Source: Catajapyx aquilonaris
Taxonomy: Eukaryota
NCBI GenBank assembly: GCA_000934665.2
Contig: KZ538139.1
Coordinates: 1 to 64,000, forward strand
Direction of reading: 5' to 3'
Length of the DNA stretch: 64,000 bases
In this document: positions 50,786-64,000 of the stretch, in pieces
Layout of the letters: each line of letters opens with the position of its first letter
How positions within the stretch are numbered: the stretch's first letter is position 1
Notes under the pieces: generated by a model
What the model was told of the DNA's origin: nothing
Database searches by the model: none
Seen by the model: only the letters and a program-made list of their open reading frames with translations
Made by a program: the position numbers and the translations under genes

Positions 50786-53700
50786 ATGTCTACGGAACAG
50801 GAAGACGATGTAAGTGATCTTAAGTGAGTTTTATCATCTGGATTTTCCATATTTAACATTTTTTTATTCTTCCAAGGTTTTCCATGATGCTGTGGACAGC
50901 GTGGCTCCGTAAGTTGGCACCATACAATTACTTCCTATTTAAGAAATGCATATTGTATAAGGTGTGAATTGCACACATGTTTGTCACAAAGTGCTAGAAT
51001 GTTGACTGTGTGTACTCTCAGCCTTGACCATATTATGACATATGGCAGTTTGAATAACAGTGATATTATGGCTTTTTTTTTGTTCCCCCAGTTGTTGAGA
51101 TTATGGGAAAGTGACCTACGATAAACATTGGGATCTGGGCTAATGGTTATCAAAAAATAAATATCGCAATCCTTATGCTTTACATGGTATCTTTAGAGTT
51201 TAGACCGCACAAGTATGAAAGAAAAGAAGTGACCTAGTAATGGGCAGTGTAGCATAATATACAACTTTGATCTTGTGTAATGACAAGTTTTTATGTAGAA
51301 AAGAAACTTGAGTAGCAGGTGCATTATTGCACCATGAGAGTAGAAAATTGGTGAATGTATCTTAGTCAGATATTAACGGGGTTATTCCAGACCATGTAGG
51401 TCCTTAAACCCCGGGCCCCACATAGGGCTGTATCTGCAAATCACATGTGTTACTAAATTCCATTCATTTTGATCCATTTGGACAAGTGAATGTAATTATC
51501 TCTCTGCATGCATGTCTTCTTAGTACCTTCTCCCTTCACTTTAAGCCGCCCTCAGGGAAAGAAAGTCATGATGCTGCTGTTGTCGCTGCAGTATTGGGCA
51601 CTTATGATGTGTGAGAAACCAGAGCTGGCAGTTTAAACTCGAATGATTAAAAGCACAGGGTGTCAACATTTAGAGTATTGCACTTTCAGTTTGAAAGTGG
51701 GTTAATTGCCTCCTTTTTTTTCATTCACTTGTGTAATTGTAACACTATCAAAGCCCTTGATCTAGAATCAAGTTCTCATGATGAGAGTCATTTGAGATGA
51801 TTACATCCTGCACTAGTGCCTTTTGCGTTAAAACATGAATTGTAAGAGCAATAACGGGCAGATGTGAGATAGTTCACTTCAAAACGTTAACAGATTGCAG
51901 AGGTTATATGTTAACAATGGAGACCATAGTTCTTCCTGGACTTTTTGAGGTAGAGGTGTATGGGTAGCACCAAGGAGTATAACATACATGTTGAGGCCAG
52001 GTCACTTACTTCTCTTTCCACCTTCCAGAGTATCTGCAATGGATCTGGAAACAGCAGTGGATGAGTGCAAACTGGCTGTCAACCTCTTCTTCAACAACAA
52101 ATTTAATGAGGCTCGGGACCTTCTAAAACCATGGTAGGTCTTAAATTGTTATATTGTATTTTTATGAAGAGTATAGTTCTGAAACTTTCTATTGAAAGAG
52201 AAAGGGTTGATATTTTGCTTGTAGTATTCTTTTCAGAGGACGGGGAAAATATATTTTGCCTGTTTTCCTTTCTTGGCATGCAAGCTTGAGATTTTATCAC
52301 ATGTATTTTGGAGGAAATGCTTTATTTAAATTCTGACTACATTATTCGAAAGTAATGTTCACAAGTCCATATATTTGCAGGAATTATTTATAGTTTCTCA
52401 TAATATGCATTCATAAATAACTTTAAAATTCTCAAATAATTAACAGGTGCTAACTTGCACTTTTTTGTGTGTTTCAGGGCACACGAAAGCATGTACCATT
52501 CACTTGGATATGGAACCATAATGTTCATGCAAGCAGTCATGACCTTTGAACAGGTGAGTCTTAGCAAAAGGATTCCTTTTTGAACTTAAAATTTGCTGTG
52601 TTGAAACTTAACAGAATGATTTGTTCATAGAGCCACATTGCTGCTGCAAATGAGGTGATAACTTCAGCAGTTGAAGTGTGTAGCAGGCGCAGAAGAAAGG
52701 TCTCGATATCCCAGTCTTTAGGAAAGATAATGAAGAAGCCAAATTATGATACCTACACTGAAGGTGCATCATAATTGAATTGTATTGATTTGTAACCTGC
52801 TATAGGTGTAAGGATGAGCTCTAGTTCCGAGTTGCATGCTAATTTTTAATGCTGCATTTTTGATAGTATTATTTTTGATTTGATATTTTCCACTCTCTAC
52901 TACTAGTTTTGACATGATCGCCTGTTAAATGCTATATAATTGTCAGATTTATTTTTCTATGTCTTGGCATTTTATTTCATCCAATGGAATTAACGCCCAA
53001 CAAAATGAAAATATTTTCAGAGGAGATCCATGCTGAGTTGTGCTATGGGGAATGCCTTCTAATCAAGTCCCTTCTGACTTTTATGGAGGATGAGACGCTC
53101 ATGAGTTTCGTCAAAGGCGCCTTAAAGATCAAGTCCTGCTTCCAGGCATACAAGTATGTGTGGTGTAAATTTATTGCATAAGCAAATATAATTACTGGTT
53201 GTTCTCCCACAAAAGGGAGTGCTATCACATTCTCAAGCAAAGAAATTGGGCGAACGACAAGATGAAGGTGCACTTTGAGAGTGGGGTGCGGATGGGAGTT
53301 GGGGTGTACCACGTGATGATCTCCATGCTGCCTGGGAAGATTCTCAAGCTTTTGGAATTCATCGGGTTCCATGGCAATCGGGTGAGTATTTTATAACACA
53401 ATGCAATTAGTAATTAGCAAAACTAATAACTCCGTCATTGCCTTCCGAAGTACTATAAGGTAAGAGGTATAGAACGCTGCATTTGTGTTATAGTGGAAAC
53501 TTTTATTGTGCATGACGCACATTATATGGTGTATGGAAGTAACTAAAGCAATCAGCAAAACCTAGTGGATGGTCACCTGCAAAAATGCACATTTTTATTT
53601 GAAGCTTACTTGGTCTCTCCCTCTCTCTCTCTCTCTCTCCCCCCCCCCCCCACACACACACAAACAAAGTAAATAAATAAAAATAACAATAAATAAATAA

Positions 53701-56462
53701 ATTACAAATTGAGCGATACTTTTTCAATGTTGGATTATTACTTTCAAAAGTTTCATAGCAGGTTCGGCTATGAACATCTTTTACTCTTTGCTATACTGAG
53801 CTAAAGTTACTTTATGATTTTGTAATACCCCTGTAAAAGTTGTGTACCGCTTCTTTTTTGTCATGCTTACAGCACCCAAAATTAGTTTCATATTATGGCT
53901 GTATAGTTTGCCTTCTGCATTCAAGGTTAACCAATTGAGCAAATAGCTCCTGCACTCATAGCTTCTTTGTTTCCCAGTTTTAAAGGTCAGCATTTAGAAT
54001 GTAGTGTTTTCGATAAATTTTACACGTAGTAATATTTTAAACTTAATTTCCAGGATTACGGCCTCAGGGAATTGGAAATTGGATCGAATCTGAAGGGCAG
54101 TGTGCGTCAGATACTGTGTTCCATGGTACTGCTCAATTACCACCTGGTCATAGTCTATGTGCTTAGTTATGGCGAGGGAAATCTACAGGTGGCAGAGGAA
54201 CTGTTGAGTTATGAAATGAAGGTATAACTCCTAATCAGCTTTTTTTTTTTTTTGTCTTTCATTCACTCTTTTGTTAGTAACCATCCTCATGATCACATGT
54301 TTCTTGCAGAAATATCCTCAGGGTGCTTGGTTCCTATTTCTGAAAGGGCGACTGGAAGTTGTGAAGGGTCATTTTGAAGAAGCCATTACATGGTTCACAA
54401 AGTCATGGGAAGCCCAGTCAGAATGGACACAGTTCCATCACATATGCTTCTGGGAACTAACCTGGAGCAATTGGTATAGTATAACCATGTTATCTTTCAG
54501 AATATTACATTCTCAGTTAGCATGTATTATTTATTAGTCATCAACATGCTATAAGCATGTAGAATGTCCTAGATAAGAATAAGACCATCTTCCATGGAGG
54601 GAAGTAGGGCAAGGGAAATGGGGAGATGACTGATATATGTTGGCAGGAGTATGCAGGGGTATTTTGTTCCCTCGAGCAGTTTAAATGGTGCCTCTTTTTC
54701 CCTTGAAACTGTGCACTCACAATTAAATTTAAAAAATAAATAAAAGGTGGTGAAATTGGTCTTGGTCATGTCAATAATTTCCCATGTAATATTTGCTAGT
54801 GCCCTTCAGCGATGGCCAGAAGCTCGAGACCTCTCAGACAAGCTCCTGCAGAAGAGCAAGTGGTCGCGGACAATATACAGCTACCAAAAGGCATGCATGA
54901 TGATAATGATGAAGGACAACCTGACTGAGTTTCAGGAGGATGAGATCGACAGGTTAATGAGGTATGAAGACGGTGCTTTTAATTGCATTATTTAAGTTCT
55001 GAATTATGCAGTGTGATGTTGCAACTGAGATCGATATTTTGCACTTGTCCATTTGTAAGGGTGTTTTGTACAGGGAATGCTCTTGATCTGTGCGATAATT
55101 TTCGGATACTTTCATAGTATGTTAGAGAAGGATATTGTTACAGTTTCTATTTTTTACTTTCACAGCACCCTTCCCAAATATAAGCACAAAATTGCTGGGA
55201 AGTCCCTCCCAATGGAAAAGTTTGTGATAAAAAAGAGTGAGCGTTACTTTGCTCAGAAGAAACACCTGGTCCTTCCTGCACTTGAGTTACTGTATGTCTG
55301 GAATGCATTCAAGTTTATGGGGAAGAATGAAGAAGTTATCAACAACTGGTACATCCTCATAGAAAGGACACGGATTGCAATGGAAAAACAGAAACGTGAG
55401 AAGCTATTGCCTATTTCAGGATTTCTAAAAGGACAGGCAGTGTTGTTACTCACTGTCAGTACACCGAATAATAATGAAATCTAGTGTTATTGCTCAGGGC
55501 AAATAATTTGATTTAGTCTTGCTTCTGAAAGTGGATCATCAACCTACGGAAATTTTATTCATTGGCTCAATCCCCAATCGTTGGTTGAATTATTTGACAT
55601 TTAATATGTATTTTAAACTATGTAGATAAATGACACCCTGTATGTACTATCGGACGCATAAAGAATGTCCGGGGAGATTCTTCGTTCAGCCTTGTGGAGG
55701 CAACCCATTGCACCTGGGTAGCTAAGGGAGGAGGGAAAAACTCGGCAGATAAGCATGGACGTACGCACAAGTGTGTGTGTGTACACACCTGTGCAATGGT
55801 TTGCCTCCGCCAGGCTGAACGAAGAATCTCCCCGGACATTCTTTATGCGTCCCGTAGTACCTGGGTGGACTGCCCCCCTCCCTTGGCATGCCGCTGATTA
55901 GCCCTGCACCAAAACTTCTGTCGATGATCTGCTTTCAGTGGTGGAACATGACCTAAGTCATAAATTTCAAAACAGGATATTTGTAACTCATGCAAATTCT
56001 CACCTTAGACTGTGAATTCTATGCGGACAACTTTGCCTTGCTGATGCTGTTGAAGGGCATGTGCTTGAAGCACCTCCAGAGCCCCCTGCAGGCTGAAGAG
56101 TGCTTCCATGCTGTCCTGGCAGAGCAAAGGGCCATTAGGGATGACCTGTACCTGGTCCCTTACAGTCTAGTGGAGCTGGCACTGTTGCTATGGGGCCAGG
56201 GACACAAGGACCAGGCTAAAGCATACTTGGAAACTGCCAAGTGAGAAATATTTTGATGTTGAAAAATGTTTGAATTTGTTTAACATTTACGAGGTTTGGA
56301 GTTTCAACTGTTAATTTTTTCTCTCTCTCTAGGAATAACTACAGCCGATACACTCTGGAGAACCGCCTGCACTTCCGGATCCACTCTGCATTAGGTGACT
56401 TGCAAGGCAGCAAAACTGAGGTCACTGACTCAGCCAGTTTTGAGGAGGTAACCACTCTGTGA
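50786..56462 (+). CDS. TTC39: Tetratricopeptide repeat protein 39 (IML2/TTC39A-B-like)
   Basis: MSTEQEDD|VFHDA, LFFNNKF, SMYHSLGY, EEIHAELCYGECLL, FESGVRMGVG, KLLEFIGFHGNR, IAGKSLPMEKF, YTLENRLHFRIH; multi-exon GT-AG. Confidence 0.93.
55647..55857. mobile_element. Tc1/mariner-type MITE in a TTC39 intron
   Basis: TA|ctatcggacgcataaagaatgtccggggagattcttcgttcagcc mirrored by ggctgaacgaagaatctccccggacattctttatgcgtcccgtag|TA. Confidence 0.85.
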
Positions 56463-56815
56463 TCACCCAAAAACAACATTTACAGGTGTATAAGAGCAGA
56501 AAGGTGTGCTCTCTCTCTCTCTCTCTCTCTCTCTGCCAAAGTGGAATACAGTGTCTTTTTATTTTTGGCTCTCTCATTCAACCTGGAAATGGGTGTCTAA
56601 CTTGCAATTAGTGCAGTATGTCCTGTAGGTATACCACAGAGTACAAGCTCAACTCACAAATTTGAAGTTAGCACCTATCAGTGTGGCCTCATTACACCCT
56701 GCATAAGAGTGGATGCTGGTGACGCTTGAGTTGATTATTATTGATTATGGAGAGGTGCAGGTTAACTAGTAGGCCACTTTAAGTTTAATGGTGAGCCTTT
56801 AGATGAAAACTGGTA

Positions 56816-57062
56816 CTGTCAGTCTTTGGTATCCGCAGGGGATCTTTCACAAATACCAAAATCCAAGGATGCTCCAGTATATGGCGTCGTATATGGATTT
56901 AACCTACACACATCTTCATGTATACTTTAACAGTTTAAAATAGTATCTAGGTCACTTGTAATACCCGATACAATCGAAATGCTATGTAAATAGCTGTTGT
57001 GCTGGGAGCATGTCAGATTCAACCTTGCAAATAAGAAACCTGTGGATAAGGAAGGCTGACAG
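56816..57062. mobile_element. pogo/Tigger-type MITE (MER2/Tigger3-like)
   Basis: TA-flanked TIRs ctgtcagtctttggtatccgcagg / cctgtggataaggaaggctgacag; interior resembles the MER2 consensus as I recall it. Confidence 0.7.
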
Positions 57063-59900
57063 TATTTAGTTGAAACTCACAGGTTATAAAGGTACATGAA
57101 GATTAACGACTTTGAGAAACCCTGATAATATTATTTTAATGTATGTATATCTTGATGTTTTATATTTGCAGAATTACGTTAAAATACAATATGCTGTAGT
57201 ATGTTAAAATAATTGTGAGACCATTGGAAGGTACTGTCAGAAAGCAGATTGCACATGGTTTATTTCTACTAAACTGGGAAATGTGGGGGCTTGTAATAAT
57301 GAGACGTAATGAATCTGCGCATCGGAATGAAATGGAATTGATAATAACCATTTTTAGCACTAAAGAAGTGATGTTTTCATGGTGAAAATTAGTTCTTGAA
57401 ATGATTACGACACATACACACTTGGTATATTAAGCCATGAAAAATATGAAAATGAAAATTCCCAAGGTTTTACTTCTGCAGGAAAACAGTATGTGCCTAA
57501 TTTTTTGCTGTCTTGTGTAGCAAAATATCCTGCGCAAGTAAAATGATTCCTTGTGGTCCTACTTCTGCCCACAAGATGGCAGGCAAAAGACAGTTATGAT
57601 TGGCGATATTGACTTTCTCCTGCCTTCCAGAGGTGGAACTAGGTCCTTTACTTGACATTTCACCTTCAGATCTGTGCCAGTTTCAAAAGGGAATTTGTAG
57701 ATGCGAAAAATGAACTCGTTCATATAACATGCAACAGAAAAAATCACTTGATGGGAAAATGAGTAAATTTTCAAGAGATTGCCTAGCCAATCCATTGCAA
57801 TGTTGGTGATCATGCACATAATTTTGCTGTAACAGTGAGGAAATGAACAGTTTTCAGAGAGATGGGCGTAGGCCGTAGAAGTTCAGGAAAACACCATGTG
57901 AAACTCATGCTGTCAGGAAAAATTACATATTTGTGTTGATATCTTTTATTGCTGCAGTACTTTTTGTTGCAGATCACCTAATTTTTGCTGCCGACTGAGC
58001 AAAGGTCACCACATGCCTCAGTACCAAGCTTAACATTACTGCTCGTGTGCCAAGCGTCTAGTTAAACTAATGCTGCTGCAGATCCTACCGAATCAGCAGC
58101 CTTGTTAACCTAGTTGCCAACTTTCACTGTAGCACAGGGTCCTAGAATCAGCATTACAGAATTAATAGCAGGCAGGACGATGTAATGAGGCTGCACCATA
58201 GTGTGATTCGGCATGTGAGTGTTAGGGTTTGACCAAGTTAATTAATTCTGAGTGTGATTAACACATCCTTACATGTTCATACGTGAGTGCAACACCATTG
58301 ATATTAGTTTGCCAGTCACTTGGTGTTCACTAGAACTGAGGAAATGGTGAGGATGTCCTCAACGTTTTGAGTTACTTAAGTGTGTCGCAGTTATTTTATA
58401 GGATTGGGGTTTACAGCGTGTCTCATGTGCCAATTGAAGCATTTTCATTTTCTTGTGTGTGAGAATGCTAAAGTCATGCAGTCAAAGTGGTCAGGTGCCT
58501 TGTACAATTAAAATTTGTTGACAGAAAGTCAATGAAACTCTTGTGTTTGCACTGAAAAGTTTACTGACATATCTTGTGCGACAATGGCATTCCCTTGATA
58601 CTATTGGTGTTTCACGTGCTAGAGTTACAATATGAACTATGTACTGAAAGTAAAGAATTTTACTTCCACAGGGTGATTCAGAGTATTGTGGGCTGCATCA
58701 TTTTTTTTTTTAAATAGCTTGCGTGGGATCATGTTCACTGAAAATTGCATCAGCAATCTTTTGAGTCATTGTAGTAGCTGTATATATTTTAATATATCAT
58801 TTATTTGTGATTTTATTTTATGCATTGTGAAAAGGAATATTGCTATTATGTGGATATAAGGCCTGTTTTATAGTGCATTACAACAGCAGATATTTATATT
58901 GTATTTATCCCACTGATGTTACATTGTGAATGTGCTGCATGATATTCTGAGTATTACTATTTTGCACTGCAGCTAAGCGAGTAGGTAATTTATTGAATAT
59001 GCTTTTGAGATGCCTACTTAATATTTTGTGATTTGATCAATTGAATACCGGTTGTGGATTCTGCCTGGAATTTATTGGAGCTTATGTGAAAGATTCGCAA
59101 CAGTTGTAGGCATAATTATTATGGAAGTTTTTTTTAGAAACATTGTTTGTAACCTGTGTGAATTTTTAGTAGGTGTCCACAGACACTCTGTGATTGTACA
59201 GATAATTGTTATTAACAATTTGCGTGGTCTGGGTTTAACATATTGGTGTTGTCAAAGGTCACGTGTTTGCAAGGAGCATCAAAGCAAAAAGCATCTAGTC
59301 GGAATGAAATTGGTACACGTCATGTACAATAACTGTACAATAATTAATTGTTGCTAACATAGAGTTACACTCTTAACAAAGTTTAACAAAAAATTAAGGA
59401 AAGTACTAATGCAATGTTGATGTTTCTAGAGTTTAACATATTATAGGGAAAAAAAATTTATCATTGATTAAAAATGTGTGACATATTTTTGTGTGAAAAT
59501 ATTTCAAACCCACATTTGGCTTAATTTTGCTGGTGTCTTGCAGATGAAGGTCATCAGATATGCATTTTGTTTTCACATTTTGCAGTTTTGAGTTTATCGA
59601 TGTTGACGAAATTTGAGCTGGTGGTCATAAATGCAGAGATATCATCAGGTCGGAGGTCACCAATGAAGGATGGATAAAAACGAAGAATGAGGAAACTGCC
59701 GACCCAACCTCCGTCATTGATTGGTTCACTTGTCCCTAAGGGGGGAGTTCAGGCAATAACAATATTGTGCAATTCGAAAGATTATGCCGAATGATCTGGA
59801 TGCCCTTGTGTGTTGCAGTTAAATCATCTGGCTTATTGGGAGAAAGACTTGCACGCTTTTTCTTATCCTATAAAAAAACAATAATACCAGGTGTACAGCA

Positions 59901-62900
59901 ATGAAGATTTCTGCTAGGGTCCGTGGTGAATGGTTTCAGGTGCCTTGCAAGGATGGTGAGTGGATAATTATAGTCATACATTACTTCTTGCATGCAATAA
60001 ATTCATGTACATGTCATTGGTGCAATGGTCATGTAGAAAGATGATCACAAATGATGGCATCATAGTCTTGGCATTTTATTGTCATTATTGGCGCTTTTCA
60101 TCTGATGATGTCTCGTCTAGCACCTGAAATTTTTACTCGACCGAAGATTGAATTGGAAGGAAAGAAGCTGTTGAAAAGAAATGCTTACTTATTAATTGTC
60201 AAAGTGCATGAAGCACACTGGAATGTAACCTCTAAGAAAATTATTAAATCACAAGTCATTGACAGCAACACAGGTATTTTCCGGTATTTTCTGTGACATT
60301 GGCATGTCTGATAATTGCAGACATTCTTGTAACCACTTTGGAAATACAGTAAGGTGAACAGCCATGTAGTTCATATTCACCTCCACATTAGGATATACGC
60401 AATTGAATCTGGATATAACAGCCTCGGTTATAACATACTCGAAAGGCCTATCCCAGCAAACTTTCATAAGGCCCTGTGGGCATTTTTACTCCTGATATAA
60501 CAGACTCATTTTCACCTCACCTTGGCCATAACAGACCATTTCATGGCCCCTCGGGAAAATATGCTGTTTTTGATTACTCAGCTTCCTTTCCCACGTAAGG
60601 AAAGCATTGAATACTGGAGAGGGGGGGATTTTCGCATCTGTCACTGATCGAAGGAACACTTGCAGAAAAGGTCAAAAATAATAATTTTTTGGTATATTTG
60701 GCAATTGAAGGAGACGGCAGGAGAAAATGACTGATTTTTTTGGTCCTGCATAATTTACGGATGAGCTAATTTCGCATTTTGTGGAGAGTTTCATTAATCA
60801 GTATGCAGGAGTGTGCATTAATAAGTATATGAAAAGCAGAAAATTTTGTGTATGTGTTGCAAAAGTGGCGATTTGGCTGTAAGAGACTTTTTTCTGTGGT
60901 CCCTTGAAGTCTGTTATTTCCGGATTCAACTGTAGTAATTTTCTATTGTCAATAATTAAATCAACAAGGTGGTGTGGCAAGTCCTGAGGTAATTACACTT
61001 GCTATTCAACTGACTGGTTATGTTCAGGTGCATATCTGGGATATTTAAATAGGTTTTTTTTGGAGAGATCCATGGTATTACATTATTGTGATTGTGAAGT
61101 CACTGGAAGCACCTCTGGAAGGCCTCAACTAGGATAAGGAAGGTTGAGGCTATCCTTCAGTGATGGCTTTGTGCCCTTGAGTCATCTTACAAGTGCAAGG
61201 TTTCATTTGCTGTTGCATGTGCAATTCTTTGGGGTTGAGAAAAAACCCGTAGTATCCTTAGTGACAGGTTACAAGCCTCGCATATTGGCTACCCATATTG
61301 CTTGGATATTATTTCCATGACATGCCGTGACACCTTACAACTGGGCTGACCACTTTATTGCATAGTATGCGATGCACTAGAAATATTTCTCTTTTCCAGG
61401 TAAGGTAACAATTCAGTGGATTGGCGGAGAGTGCTTGAAGCGCTACCAGAGGCTGAAGCCCAGTACCCTGGTGCCAAGCAGGCAGGAAGTTGTGTCAGAA
61501 ATACGCAAGACCAGAGGTGGTGCTATATTAGACCCAAATGATTTAGTATGTGACGTGCTTGACGACAACGACTTTGTCTCAGTGGGTGAGTACTGCCTTT
61601 CACCCGCTCCCTTTTAATTTCAAAGGAGGCGATAAGGGTGGAAAAATCAATGAGATAGCATGCTGACCTTGATCTTTTGGGTCATTTGGGCCATTTTTAC
61701 AATGGAAAGTTTGGCGCACTTCCCAATGCAAAGAGGAGGCTGAGCAGAAATAAACAAACTGTTTAAAAATGCTACTTTTTTTTCAGTCTTGGAAAGTGAT
61801 TGGCCAAATCCGGTTTTGGAAACTGCAGAAATCAAGTACATACCGGAACAAGTGTATCCTTTTCATACGAGTTCTGTATTGACGCAATGAAATATATTCG
61901 GATCAGAGCAGGTTAATAATATTAATAAAATAATATTGCTGTTGGAGAAGTGGCTCCTTAACAAATATTCAGCCCAAGGGAGTTTAAGTCACCAACTGAA
62001 GTGAGTTGCATTTTTAAAAATTGAAGTGCGATAATTTGGTGATTGGGAATTAACTATGACCACTTATTTCAGTACCTCCATCTTGATGGAGAGAGTCTGT
62101 CCACTGATGACCTGCTTCATTTGGGTCATGGAAGTTATAAGATTAAGGTAAACCTTATCCATGGAATTAAAAAACTTGCATTGCTTCTAATATGGGCTAA
62201 TAGGTAGATTTAAAAATGACCTCAAGTTAATATTATGCGAATATTATGATGGAACGATAGGTCATTAATATTGATAACCTGTTTATTTGTTTTGAAAATA
62301 TGAATGACTTGTCAACAACTCAATTTTTTTCCACTCTAGCTGTCAAAAGATGCGGAAGAGAAAGTTCAAAGGGCAAGGAGTGTTGTGGAAGAAATTATCA
62401 GAGAAAACAAAGGTAGACTATATTATTTTGATATGTAATTTATTTCACTCCAGTGTAATGAACGGAGACAACTTTATTTTCAATGTTTCAGTGGTGTATG
62501 GAATCACAACAGGGTTTGGAAAGTTTGCCAGGACAGTCATTGGAAAAGATAAGCTAATGTATGTACAGTGACAACTGCAAATTTCGTTACACTATGACCT
62601 AGAATTGTAAGGGAATATATTTTATATTGTCGGCAGAGAGCTGCAAGAAAGGCTGATAAGGTCACATGCAGCTGGAGTAGGGAATCCGCTGACACCTCAG
62701 AAGACCAGAATGCTTCTGGCACTTCGGATCAACGTGATGGCCAAAGGGTACAGTGGTATCTCCCTACAAACGCTCCAGCAGCTCATTGACGCCTTCAATG
62801 GTAAGTTAAAAGGTCACTCTAATCTAGTGTCTGAAAACCTGCAATATCCAGAATTCGCAATATATTCTAGCCACAGTTGACTTGATAAGTCATTTTGACC

Positions 62901-64000
62901 CTTTATCCTAGAATGTCAAAATTCCACTGTCACTTCATGTAGCACAAAACTTTAACTTTTCATTCCATGAGAAACTGATTATTAGAATTACGATCAGTGG
63001 ATTATGACAATTATTTCTATGTCAACATGTCATACACTGTGAACTACATGCTACCTAACTCTCTGCATAAAGCATCCTGCCTATCATGGGTACCTGAGAA
63101 GGGCACGGTGGGCGCAAGTGGTGACCTGGCCCCACTGGCTCATTTGGCGCTGGGGCTGATGGGTGAGGGCAAGATGTGGAGCCCCGAGACTGGCTGGGGG
63201 GAGGCCAAATATGTCTTGGAAGCGCACAACCTGACCCCAGTCAAGTTGATGGCCAAAGAAGGAATCGCCATGATCAATGGGACCCAGCTGATCACGTCTC
63301 TTGGTGCAGAAGCAGTGGAGAGGGCAGGACTTATTGCCCGCCAGGCTGACGTAGTGGCTGCTCTCACACTGGAAGTGCTCAAGGGTACTTCAAGAGCATT
63401 TGATAGCGGTAAGAATGTTGTATTTCTGACATATGCTGTATAAAAATTACACGCATTGATGGAAACTCCACAGATGTGCAGAAGGTGCGGCCTCACAAAG
63501 GACAGATTGATGTTGCCAGACGTCTACGTGCACTGCTTCATTCAGACACATATCCATCCGAAATTGCACGTGAGTAATCTGTTACTTGCATTTCAGGCGG
63601 TTAAACTGACACGATTGCATTATTGCAGAGAGCCATCGTTTTTGCAACAGAGTGCAGGATGCGTACACTCTTCGTTGTTGTCCCCAGGTGCATGGGGTAG
63701 TTCATGACACCATTGAATTTGTGAGGAGCATCATCACCACAGAGATGAACAGTGCTACAGATAACCCGGTACTTCATTATCCATTCAGTTCTCCAGCTGT
63801 GTTTACATTACCTGAATCGTTCGTTTGCAGATCGTATTTTCTGAGAGGGCAGAGCTCATATCAGCTGGTAACTTCCATGGGGAATATCCAGCCAAGGCAC
63901 TAGATTATTTGGCTATTGGTGTTCATGAACTGGCATCCATGAGTGAGCGGAGAACTGAACGACTTGTCAATCCAGGTTTCAAATTTATTATATGCTCTAG
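59901..64000 (+). CDS. HAL: Histidine ammonia-lyase (3' part beyond window)
   Basis: [20 protein letters not shown]-terminal domain, [23 protein letters not shown]-forming GTVGASGDL (ASG at 63114-63122), [28 protein letters not shown]. Confidence 0.97.
60400..60932. mobile_element. Degenerate pogo/Tc1-type MITE in HAL intron 1
   Basis: caattgaatctggatataacag mirrored by ctgttatttccggattcaactg|TA; internal (t)ataacaga repeats. Confidence 0.6.
61854..61972 (+). other. U12-type (minor spliceosome) GT-AG intron in HAL
   Basis: 5' site GTATCCTTTT, branch point TCCTTAAC at 61955-61962, AG at 61971-61972. Splicing keeps the frame through a 28-nt micro-exon (61973-62000). Confidence 0.88.

Overview
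Gene-dense eukaryotic (animal, probably arthropod) DNA with mostly short GT-AG introns; no prokaryotic features. The first 26 kb hold a tandem array of six + strand pickpocket-type DEG/ENaC channel loci: copy 1 is 5'-incomplete, copy 2 is a collapsed pseudogene, copy 3 is frameshifted just before TM2, and copies 4-6 look intact. Three antisense genes are interleaved with the array: a nucleoredoxin-like gene with WSVPC instead of WCxxC, a DNase II-family gene with a degenerate second catalytic motif and a hydrophobic C-terminal tail, and a C2orf81/DUF4639-like gene nested in an intron that only copy 6 has. Downstream lie a small C2H2 zinc-finger gene, a 3-exon gene with no family I recognise, METTL1, TBC1D2, R3HDM4, TBC1D22, TTC39 and HAL (runs off the window; contains a U12-type intron). 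Many small non-autonomous elements are present: hAT-type with 8-bp TSDs, PIF/Harbinger, Tc1/pogo including a MER2/Tigger3-like copy, a Helitron and a tRNA-derived SINE. Exon models were read by eye from splice signals and reading frame. Family assignments rest on recalled motifs, not database searches.
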